Positions 1 to 11,100 of a DNA stretch of 64,000 bases are shown here, piece after piece. Source of the DNA: Candidatus Eiseniibacteriota bacterium (lineage in GTDB: Bacteria > Eisenbacteria > RBG-16-71-46 > SZUA-252); assembly GCA_963703225.1 (NCBI GenBank), contig OY969801.1, positions 2,368,001 to 2,432,000 of the forward strand, read 5' to 3'. The first letter of the stretch is position 1. Each line of letters opens with the position of its first letter. The position numbers and the translations under genes were made by a program. The notes under the pieces are model-generated. The model had not been told where the DNA came from. It saw only the letters and a program-made list of their open reading frames with translations, and made no database searches.

Positions 1-915
1 GAACGATTCGTCGATCGTGCGCGTCTTCAGGCCGCAGTCGGGATCGACGTACATCTGCTCCGGCTTCAGGACCTCGAGGCCGCGGAGAATCCCGGCCTTG
101 ACCTCTTCCTTGCTCTCGATCCGGTGCGAATGAACGTCGAGCACTCCGTAGCCGATTTCCTTGGTAAACGCGTGTGCGCGGAAGCGGTCGAGAAGATCGT
201 ACCTGCTGTTCGCCATCTCCAGGTCGATCATGTCGACCGGCAGATCGAGCATGGCGGGGTAGATCACGTCGAAGTCTCCGTAACAGATGTGGGTGATCGT
301 CTTCGCCTTCAGCCCCTCCGTGGCGCGACCCAGGGCGCGGACCGCAAGCTTGAGCTCATCGGGGCGTACCGAAACGGCAGGCTCGTCGATTTGGATGTAT
401 TTCGCCCCGGCCTCTTGAAGCGCGATCGCTTCCTCGCGGATCGCCTCGGCCAGGTCCATCGCCATCGCTTCGCGCGATGGGTAATGCTCGTTGAAGGACC
501 AATCCATCATCGTGTAGGGGCCGGTGAGCATCCCCTTGATCGGCTTTGAAGTCTGCGATTGGGCGAACTTCCACCAGTCCACCGTCAGCGCCTTCTTGCG
601 GCGGATCGGCCCCACCGCGATCGGCTTCCGGTAGTAGCGATTCCCGTAGGACCGGACTGGGTTCGAGATCGCGTAGCCGGGCATCAGCTCGGCAAAGTAG
701 GTCGTCATGTCTCCGCGATAGAGCTCCCCGTCCACGAGGATGTCGAGCCCAGCCTCCTCCTGGCGACGGATCATCTGAATCGTCTCGGCCCGCTCCAGCT
801 CTTGCAGCGCATCGGCCTTGATCTCGCCGCGAGCAAATTGCTGGCGTGCCTTCTCCAGATTCGGGGGCTTGGGGAAACTGCCGACGGTGGTCGTCCAGAG
901 TCCGCGGGGCATCAT
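1..915 (-). CDS. metE: Cobalamin-independent methionine synthase catalytic (C-terminal) domain, stand-alone; runs off window start; absent from ORF track
   Basis: Manual translation MMPRGLWTTTVGSFPKP...DGELYRGDM...KGMLTGPYT...IQIDEPA...THICYG...DLEM...GVLDVHS...VDPDCGLKTR; Zn ligands H-x-C, E and C present; ATG overlaps stop of upstream gene (TGATG). Confidence 0.9.
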   Translation of the reverse strand, partial: MMPRGLWTTTVGSFPKPPNLEKARQQFARGEIKADALQELERAETIQMIRRQEEAGLDILVDGELYRGDMTTYFAELMPGYAISNPVRSYGNRYYRKPIAVGPIRRKKALTVDWWKFAQSQTSKPIKGMLTGPYTMMDWSFNEHYPSREAMAMDLAEAIREEAIALQEAGAKYIQIDEPAVSVRPDELKLAVRALGRATEGLKAKTITHICYGDFDVIYPAMLDLPVDMIDLEMANSRYDLLDRFRAHAFTKEIGYGVLDVHSHRIESKEEVKAGILRGLEVLKPEQMYVDPDCGLKTRTIDESF

Positions 916-1898
916 CAACCTCCGTTCCGCATGGCGATCTTGGCCGCCTCGACCAAGCGGGAGACCTTCTGCTCCGCCCGGTCCGCCGGCAAATACTCCA
1001 AGCTGGCGCTGGGGCTGAGTTGGAACTCGAGGTCAGGGCGAGCGGTCTTGGCTCGCGCGATGGCGCGGGCGAGGTCAGCCGGGTCTTCGAGGCGCGTATT
1101 GCGCGCGTCAACCAAGCCCAGAACGACCGTCCTGCCCTCGGGAACGCGTGCGAGGAGCTCCCATCCGGCGGGGGCCCCGACCAAGTCCAGGCCAATCGCG
1201 GTCCAGGGCAAGTCGCGAAGGGCCTCGAATACGGTTGCGGGGGCTCCGAATGGCACGTGGATCACCGTTCGGGCGGTCCGGTCGGCGAGGAGAGGCTCGA
1301 GCGCGGCGCGCACGAGCGGCGCTTCCTCGGCGCGGGCCCGCGCGATCCATGGCTCCTCAAAGTGGATCCAGCGCGCGCCCGCCTTCTCAAGCGCCTGCGC
1401 TTCTCGAGCGAGCGCCGCTCCGATCGCACGGAGAGCGTCGGAGGGTGACTGATAGTGGCGGTCCCTCGAGAACCGGTAGAGCGAGAACGGGCCCGGGAGC
1501 AGCGCCTTAACCGGCCGCGCCGACATCGACTGCGCGCTTCGGTAGTCGTCTACCGTAATCGGGCGCTCCCAGGTCACCGCACCCACGATCTCCGGCTGGC
1601 GGTAGTAGGTGTTGGTGTCGAGGTATCGGATCAGCCCTGCAATCTGGAAGCCGCCGAGCGACCGGGCAACGTAGGTCTGCCCATCGTCCCACCCCGCGGC
1701 GCCGTCGACCGGCAGATCGATGCCGGCCCGTTCCTGGATCGCCAGAATCCTGCGCGTGGTCTCGCGGATGGCATTGATTACGTCCGCGTCGGTGGCCTTG
1801 CCCTGGTCGCGACGGTTTCGCACGACCCGGAGATTGGTATCGCCTGTCTGGGTCGGGAGCTTGGGATAGCTCCCGGCCAGCGTGGTTTCGATCTTCAA
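915..1898 (-). CDS. MetE-like N-terminal half (non-catalytic barrel of a split methionine synthase)
   Basis: TTLAGSYPK, RYLDTNTYYRQPEI, KALLPGPFSL, IHFEEP, LGLVDARNTRLE, LSPSASLEYLP; Zn Cys residues absent; AGGAGG RBS before TTG start. Confidence 0.8.
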   Translation of the reverse strand: MKIETTLAGSYPKLPTQTGDTNLRVVRNRRDQGKATDADVINAIRETTRRILAIQERAGIDLPVDGAAGWDDGQTYVARSLGGFQIAGLIRYLDTNTYYRQPEIVGAVTWERPITVDDYRSAQSMSARPVKALLPGPFSLYRFSRDRHYQSPSDALRAIGAALAREAQALEKAGARWIHFEEPWIARARAEEAPLVRAALEPLLADRTARTVIHVPFGAPATVFEALRDLPWTAIGLDLVGAPAGWELLARVPEGRTVVLGLVDARNTRLEDPADLARAIARAKTARPDLEFQLSPSASLEYLPADRAEQKVSRLVEAAKIAMRNGG

Positions 1899-2021
1899 TG
1901 CCCCTGCCTCCTGTCTCGCTCGGTGGTAGCCGCGTAGGTTACTACAGCGGGTGGGCTTACATCAAGCTGTGAGGGCCTCCCCGGCCTAAAGCGCCCCCGC
2001 CTGAGGCACGCGGTCCCGCAA

Positions 2022-2071
2022 CCGCAACTTGTTGAAATGATTTGACGAACGGTCGCCTGCTGGGCTAGGAT
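2022..2071 (+). promoter_or_regulatory. Sigma70-type promoter of giant gene 1 with upstream CAAC-N2-GTTG palindrome
   Basis: CAACttGTTG 2025-2034; TTGACG 2042-2047; 18 bp spacer; TAGGAT 2066-2071; 23/25 identical to 15897-15921. Confidence 0.7.
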
Positions 2072-2191
2072 ATGAGGTTCGTGCCATAGTGGATTAGTGG
2101 ATCACTCCGTGCCCAGGTAGCCCGCATCCAGTTGCCCTCTCCACGACTGCCTTCGCCAGGGGATCCGTCGCCCTGGTGGGGGTCGACCCGA

Positions 2192-5100
2192 ATGGTATTG
2201 CCCAGTCCGGTCCGGGTTTTCTATTTAGTCGCAATCACTTACGTCATTGGGATGCTTTCCGTCCCTATCTTGGCTCTGGCGACACCGCCCACGCTGGACG
2301 CCATCGGCGACAAGACAACGGACGAGCTGGCCACGCTTGCCTTCACGGCCACGGCAACCGACCCCGACGTCAGCGACACGGTCGGGTTCTCCCTCGACGG
2401 AGGCGCGCCGGCGGGAGCCACCATCAACCCGACGACCGGTGCGTTCGCTTGGACCCCGACCGAAGCACAGGGCCCCGGCGCCTTCCCCATCACGATCCGC
2501 GCCACCGACAACGGCGGACCGCCGGAGAGCGCATCCGAGACCATCACCATAACGGTGAACGAAGTCAATATCGCGCCGGTCGTGGCTCCCATTGGAAACA
2601 GAACCACGACCGTCGGGAGCCCCGTGGCGTTCACCGCCACCGCCACAGACGCTGATCTGCCAGCAAACGCGTTGACGTTCTCGTTGGATGCCGGCTTTCC
2701 GGCCGGGGCCTCGATCGGGAGCACGACGGGCGCCTTTGCTTGGACGCCGACAGTGGGCCAGGTGGGCGCCAATCCTGCAACGGTGCGCGCCACGGACAAC
2801 GGTAGCCCCGCGCTCAGCGGATCTCACGACGTCGTGATCACCGTGAACGGAAATCAACCGCCGGTTCTGGCGGCGATCGGCGACAGGACCGTGAATGAGC
2901 TCGCGGCGCTTGCTTTCACAACGTCCGCGACCGATCCCGACGTCGGACAGACCGTCGTTTACTCGCTCGACGCCGGCGCCCCCGCCGGCGCGACGATCAA
3001 TTCGTCGACGGGCGCCTTCTCCTGGGCCCCAACCGAAGCTCAGGGACCCGGCTCGTTCCCCATTACGATTCGGGCCACCGACGACGGAACGCCCGCGATG
3101 TTCGACTTTGAGGCGATTACGGTAACGGCCGACGAGGTGAACGCGGCGCCGGTGCTGGCCGCGATCGGGAACAAGACGGTGAGCGAGCTGGCGGCCCTGG
3201 CGTTTACGGCGACCGCAACGGACGGCGACCTCCCGGCCAACACGCTGGCCTTCTCGCTGGACGCTGGATCTCCCGCCGGCGCGGCGATCGGGAGCACGAC
3301 GGGGGCCTTCTCGTGGACGCCGACGGAGGCTCAGGGACCCGGCTCGTTCCCGATCACGATCCGGGCCACCGACGACGGAACGCCGGCGATGTTCGACTTT
3401 GAGACGATTACGGTTACGGTGAACGAAGTGGATGTGGCGCCGACGCTCACCGCGATCGGGAACAGGACGGTGAGTGAGCTGGCAACCCTGGCGTTCACGG
3501 CCACCGCGACCGACGACGACCTCCCGGCCAACACACTCACGTTCTCCCTCGATGCAGGATTTCCCGCGGGCGCGACGATCAACGCCTCGACCGGGGCCTT
3601 CTCGTGGACTCCGACGGAGGCGCAGGGGCCGGGCAGCTTCCCCATCACGATTCGCGCGACGGACAACGGCACGTCGGCGCTGAGCGACTTCGAGGTGATT
3701 ACCGTCAATGTGAATGAGGTGAACGCCGCACCGACGCTCACCGCGATCGGGAACAAGACGGTGAGCGAGCTGGCGACTTTGGCCTTCACGACGACCGCGA
3801 CCGACGGCGACCTGCCGGCCGAAGCCATCGCGTGGTCGCTGGACGCGGGTGCGCCATCGGGTGCGACGATCGGGAGCACGACGGGGGCCTTCTCGTGGAC
3901 GCCGACGGAGGCTCAGGGACCCGGCACCTACCCCATCACGATTCGCGCCACGGACAACGGGACGCCGGCGCTCAGCGACTTCGAGGGAATCGCGGTCACC
4001 GTGAATGAGGTGAACGTTTCTCCTGTGATAACGAATCCGGGGAGTCACACGGTCAATGAGTTGGCGTCTCTGACCTTCACGGTTGCGGCCACGGACGCCG
4101 ACGCGCCGGCCAACACCCTTACCTGGTCGCTCGAGGGCGCCCCCGCGGGAGCAACCATCGGATCCGGGACTGGAGTGTTTTCCTGGATTCCGACGGAGGC
4201 TGAGGGTCCGGGAACCTATCCGATCACCATCCGTGCCACGGACAACGGAACTCCGGCGCTGAGCGGCGCCGGCGCGACCACGATCACCGTCAATGAAGTG
4301 AACGCGGCCCCCGTGCTTACGGCCGCGATCGGAAACAAGACGGTGGCCGAACTGGCGACCCTCGCCTTCACGGCAACGGCAACCGACTCCGACGTCCCGG
4401 CGAACACCCTGACTTTCTCTCTCGACGCCGGTGCGCCCGCCGGCGCAACGATAAACCCCTCGACTGGCGCGTTTTCTTGGACGCCGACCGAAGTGCAGGG
4501 GCCGGGTGTTTACCCCATCACCATTCGCGCCACGGACAACGGCGACGCCCACCCTGAGCGACTTCGAGGCCATCACGGTCACGGTCAATGAGGTGAACGC
4601 CGCCCCCGTGCTTACGGCCACCGGAAACAAGACGGTGGCCGAACTGGCGACCCTCGCCTTCACGGCGACCGCGACCGACGCCGATGTCCCGGCGAACACG
4701 GTCACCTTCTCTCTCGACGCCGGCGCGCCGACTGGCGCGACGATCAACGCCTCGACCGGAGCCTTCTCCTGGACCCCGACGGAGGCGCAGGGCCCCGGCA
4801 CCTACCCCATCACCATTCGCGCCACGGACAACGGGACGCCGGCGCTCAGCGACTTCGAGGGAATCGCGGTCACCGTCAATGAGGTGAACGTAGCGCCGGT
4901 CGTGACGAATCCTGGAAGCCACACGGTCAATGAGTTGACGTCTCTGACCTTCACGGTTGCGGCCACGGACGCCGACGCGCCGGCCAACACCCTGACCTGG
5001 TCGCTCGAGGGCGCTCCAGCCGGCGCGACGATCAACCCCTCGACCGGAGCCTTCTCCTGGACTCCGACCGAGGCGCAGGGGCCGGGAACATTCCCCATCA

Positions 5101-8100
5101 CGATCCGCGCCACCGACAACGGAACGCCGGCGCTGAGCGACTTCGAGGCGATCACGGTTACGGTGAACGAGGTGAACGTGGCGCCGACGCTCACCGCGAT
5201 CGGGAACAAGACGGTGAGCGAGCTGGCGACCCTCGACTTTCACGGCGACCGCGACGGACGCCGACCTGCCGGCGAACACCATCGCGTGCTCGCTGGACGC
5301 GGGTGCGCCCATCGGGTGCGACGATCAACGCCCTGACCGGAGCCTTCTCCTGGACCCCGACGGAGGCGCAGGGGCCGGGCAGCTTCCCCATCACGATCCG
5401 CGCGACGGACAACGGGACGGGTGCGCTGAGCGACGCCGAGGCGATCACGGTCACCGTGAATGAGGTGAACGCCGCCCCCGTGCTTACGGCTACCGGAAAC
5501 AAGACGGTGGCCGAACTGGCGATCCTCGCCTTCACGGCAACGGCAACCGACTCCGACGTCCCGGCGAACACCCTGACTTTCTCTCTCGACGCCGGCGCGC
5601 CCACGGGCGCGACGATCAACGCCTCGACCGGCGCCTTCTCCTGGACCCCGACGGAGGCGCAGGGGCCGGGCAGCTTCCCCATCACGATCCGCGCGACGGA
5701 CAACGGGGCGGGCCTGCGCTGAGCGACGCCGAGGCGATCACGGTCACGGTCAATGAGGTGAACGCCGCCCCCGTGCTTACGGCCACCGGAAACAAGACGG
5801 TGGCCGAACTGGCGACCCTCGCCTTCACGGCGACCGCGACCGACTCCGATGTCCCGGCGAACACGGTCACCTTCTCTCTCGACGCCGGCGCGCCCACGGG
5901 CGCGACGATCAACGCCTCGACCGGAGCCTTCTCCTGGACCCCGACGGAGGCGCAGGGCCCCGGGACCTACCCCATCACCATTCGCGCCACGGACAACGGG
6001 ACGCCGGCGCTCAGCGACTTCGAGGGAATCGCGGTCACCGTCAATGAGGTGAACGTAGCGCCGGTCGTGACGAATCCTGGAAGCCACACGGTCAATGAGT
6101 TGACGTCTCTGACCTTCACGGTTGCGGCCACGGACGCCGACGCGCCGGCCAACACCCTGACCTGGTCGCTCGAGGGCGCTCCAGCCGGCGCGACGATCAA
6201 CCCCTCGACCGGAGCCTTCTCCTGGACTCCGACCGAGGCGCAGGGGCCGGGAACATTCCCCATCACGATCCGCGCCACCGACAACGGAACGCCGGCGCTC
6301 AGCGACTTCGAGGCGATCACGGTTACGGTGAACGAAGTGAATGTGGCGCCGACGCTCACCGCGATCGGGAACAAGACGGTGAGCGAGCTGGCGGCCCTGA
6401 CTTTCACGGCGACCGCGACGGACGGCGACCTGCCGGCCGAAGCCATCGCGTGGTCGCTGGACGCGGGTGCGCCATCGGGTGCGACGATCAACGCCCTGAC
6501 CGGAGCCTTCTCCTGGACCCCGACGGAGGCGCAGGGGCCGGGCAGCTTCCCCATCACGATTCGGGCCACCGACAACGGGACGCCTGCGATGTCCGACTTT
6601 GAAGCGATCACGGCTACGGTGAACGAAGTGAATGTGGCGCCGACGCTCACCGCGATCGGGAACAGGACGGTGAGCGAGGGGTCGGCGCTGGCGTTCACTG
6701 CGACCGCGACCGACGCCGACGTCCCGGCGAACACGGTGACCTTCTCTCTCGACGCCGGCGCGCCCACGGGTTCGACGATCGGGAGCACGACGGGGGTCTT
6801 CTCGTGGACCCCGACGGAGGCGCAGGGACCGGGGTCGTTCCCCATCACGATTCGCGCGACGGACAACGGCACGCCGACGCTGAGCGATTTTGAGGCGATC
6901 ACCGTCAGCGTGAACGAGGTAAATTCGTCGCCCACCGTCACGAATCCCGGGAACAAGACCGTCAACGAGCTTGAGGCGCTGGCGTTTACCGCCACCGCCG
7001 CGGACCCCGACCTCCCGGCCAACACACTCACGTTCTCCCTCGATGCAGGATTTCCCGCGGGCGCGGCGATCAATGCCTCGACCGGGGCCTTCTCCTGGAC
7101 GCCGACGGAGGCCCAAGGGCCCGGGACGCTCCCCATCACGATTCGCGCGACGGACAACGGCACACCAACGCTCAGCGATTTCGAGGTGATCACCGTCACC
7201 GTGAACGAGGTAAATGCGACGCCCACCGTCACGAGTCCCGGGAGCAAGACCGTCAACGAGATTGTAACGCTGGCGTTCACCGTGACCGCAACGGACTCCG
7301 ATGTTCCGGTGAACACTCTGAGCTGGTCATTGGACGCGGGAGCTCCGCCGGGCGCGGCGATCAATTCGTCGACCGGCGCCTTCTCATGGACGCCGACCGA
7401 AGCTCAGGGACCGGGGTCGTTCCCGATCACGATTCGCGCGACGGACAATGGGGCGCCGACCACGAGCGGGACCGCAGCGATCACGATCACCGTCAACGAA
7501 GAGAACGTCGCGCCGGTGGTGGCCAACCCCGGAAACCAGACCGTCAATGAGCTCGCCCATCTGGCCTTCACCGCCACCGCGACGGACGCCGACCTGCCCG
7601 CCAATACCCTGACATGGTCGCTCGACGCGGGATCTCCGGCCGGCGCGACGATCGGAGCCGGGACCGCCGCCTTCTCGTGGACCCCGACCGAAGCACAGGG
7701 TCCGGGTACCTTCCCGATCACGATCCGGGCGACGGACAACGGGACAGCCGCGTTGAGCGGCGCGGCGGCGATCACGATCACGGTCCAGGAAGTGAATGTG
7801 GCGCCGGTGCTCGGCGCGATCGGAAACAAGACGGTGAACGAGCTCGTGGCGCTCGCGTTCACCGCCACCGCGACGGACACCGACATCCCGAGTTCGCTGA
7901 CCTACTCCCTGGATGCCGGGGCGCCGGCGGGCGCGGCGATCAACCCTTCGACGGGCGCATTCGCGTGGACACCAACGGAAGCGCAGGGCCCGGGCAGCTA
8001 CCCCATAACCATCCGCGTCACGGACGAGGGAACGCCGGCCCTGGACGACTTCGAAACGATCGCCGTCACCGTGAACGAGGTGAATGTCGCACCGGTATTG

Positions 8101-11100
8101 ATTGACCCTGGCGACAAGACCGTCGCGGAGCTGACGGCGCTCAGCTTCACGGTGACGCCGACCGATTCCGACGTTCCGGCGAACGCGATCACGTGGTCGC
8201 TCGACGCCGGCGCTCCGGTCGGCGCGACGATCAACGCCGCGGGCGCGTTCAGCTGGACCCCGACCGAGGCGCAGGGACCGGGGGTCTATCCGGTCACGAT
8301 TCGAGGCACCGACAACGGAAGCCCGGCCTTGGGCGGGACCACGGCGATCACGATCACGGTGACCGAGGTGAACACGGCACCGACGGTGGCGAGCCCGGGC
8401 AACAAGACGGTCAACGAGCTCACGACGCTGTCGTTCACGGCGACGGCCACGGACGCCGATGTCCCGGCGAACACGTTCACCTGGTCGCTGGACGCGGGAG
8501 CGCCGTCGGGGGCCGCGATCGGCTCCGGAACCGGCGCGTTCTCATGGACGCCGACCGAGGCGCAGGGCCCGGGCAGCTACCCGGTCACGATCCGCGCGAC
8601 GGACAGCGGCACGCCGGCTCTGGACGACGCCGTGACGATCACGATCACGGTGAACGAGGTGAACACCGCGCCGGTGGTCACGAGCACGGGCAACCGGACC
8701 GTCGACGAGCTGACGGCTCTGACTTTCACGGTGACGGCGACGGACGTGGACGTGCCGGCCAACACGCTGTCCTGGTCGCTCGACGCGGGTGCCCCGGGCG
8801 GAGCGGCGATCAACCCTTCGACCGGCGCCTTCTCTTGGACGCCGACCGAAGCGCAGGGCCCCGGTACCTACCCGGTGACCGTCCGTGCGACGGACGGCGG
8901 GACCCCCGGCCTGAGCGGCACCGCCTCGATCACGGTGACCGTCAATGACGTCAATTCAGGGCCGGTCCTCGGGGTCATCGGGAACAAGGCGGGCACGGTG
9001 GGCGTGGCGATCACTTTCACCGCGACGGCGACCGATCCGGACGTCCCCGCCAACACGCTCAGCTTCTCGCTCGACGCGGGCGCTCCGGCCGGAGCGACGA
9101 TCAACGCGTCGACGGGCGCCTTCTCGTGGACCCCGGGCGCCAATGGGACGTTCCCGGTCACCGTCCGCGCGACGGACAGCGGGTCGCCGGCGCTCAGCGA
9201 TTTCGAAGCGATCACGATCACGGTGAGCCCGGCTCCGAACCAGCCGCCGGTGCTCGGCGCGGTCGGGAACAAGACGGTGAACGAGCTGGCGACGCTGGCG
9301 TTCACCGCGACCGCCACGGATCCGGACGCCGGGCAGACGCTGACGTTCTCGCTGGACGCCGGCAATCCGGCCGGGTCGGCGATCAACGGCACGACGGGCA
9401 CGTTCACGTGGACCCCAACCGAGGTCCAGGGCCCCGGGAGCTACCCCATCACGTTCCGAGTAACCGACAACGGAAGCGCCCCGCTGAGCGATACGGAGAC
9501 CATCACGGTCACCGTCAACGAGGTGAACGTCGCGCCGGCGCTCGCCGCGATCGGCAGCAAGACGGTGAACGAGCTGGCGACCCTCGCCTTCACCGCCACC
9601 GCGACCGATACCGATCTTCCGGCCAACGCCATCACCTTCTCGATCGACGCGGGCCCTCCGGGCGCGACCATTAGCGCTTCGACCGGGGCCTTCTCGTGGA
9701 CCCCAACCGAAGCGCAGGGTCCCTCGAGCGCCTTCCCGATCACGATTCGCGCCACCGACAGCGGAACGCCCGCGCTGAGCGATTTCGAGGGGATCGCGGT
9801 CACGGTAAACGAGGTGAACGCGGCGCCCGCGGTGGCCGATCCTGGCGACAAGACGGTCAACGAGCTGACCGCGCTCACATTCACGGCGACGGCGACGGAC
9901 TCGGATGTTCCCGCGAATTCTATCGTGTGGTCTCTCGACGCCGGCGCGCCTGCGGGGGCGACGATCAACGCCTCGACCGGCGCCTTCTGCTGGACGCCGA
10001 CCGAGGCCCAAGGACCGGGGAGCTACCCCGTCACGATCCGCGCGACGGACAACGGCACGCCCGCACTGAGCGGGACGGCCGCGATCACGGTCACGGTGAA
10101 CGAGGTAAACGCAGCCCCCGTCGTCGCGAATCCGGGCAACAAGACGGTCAACGAGCTGACGGCCCTGCTCTTCACGGTGACGGCCACCGATTCCGACATG
10201 CCGGCGAACACGATCTCGTGGTCCCTGGACGCCGGAGCTCCCGCGGGCGACGGCGATCGACGCTTCGACCGGTGCTTTCTCCTGGACGCCGACCGAGGCG
10301 CAGGGCCCGGGGACCTACCCGATCACGATCCGCGCGACCGACAACGGCACGCCAGCGCTGAGCGGAACGGCGCTCGTCACGGTCACCGTCAACGAGGTGA
10401 ACGTGGCCCCGGTCGCGACCGATCCCGGCGACAAGACGGTGAACGAGCTGACGGCGCTCACCTTCACGGTGACGGCGGCCGATGCCGACGTCCCGGCGAA
10501 CACGCGGACGTGGTCGCTGGACGCGGGCGCGCCCGCGGGGGCGACGATCGACGCTTCGACCGGCGCGTTCACCTGGACGCCGACCGAGGCGCAGGGCCCC
10601 GGGACCTATCCCGTCACGATTCGCGCGACCGACAACGGAACGCCCGCCCTGAGCGGCACGGCGGCGATCACCGCCACGGTGAACGAGGTGAACGCGGCGC
10701 CCGCGGTCACGAACCCGGGCAATCGGACCGTCAACGAGCGACGACGCTCTCCTTCTCCCTGACCGCGACCGACGCGGATCTGCCCGCGAACGCGCTCACA
10801 TGGTCGCTCGACGCGGGCGCGCCCCCGGGCGCCGCGATCAACGCCACGACGCAGACCTTCTCGTGGACCCCAACCGAGTCACAGGGCCCCGGCACCTACC
10901 CGATCACGATCCGCGCGATCGACGACGGGTCTCCTGCGCTCAGCGGAACGGCCGCCTTCACGGTCGCCGTCAGCGAGGTGAACGTGGCCCCGGCCCTCAC
11001 GCCGATCGGAAACAAGGCGGGCACCGTGGCGGTGCCGATCACCTTCACGGCGACGGCGACCGACGCGGACGTTCCGGCGAACACGGTGACCTTCTCGCTC

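Noticed and set aside
1899..2020. SAM or cobalamin riboswitch upstream of the metE pair
   Set aside because: No recognisable consensus and the leader appears short; an Rfam scan would settle it.
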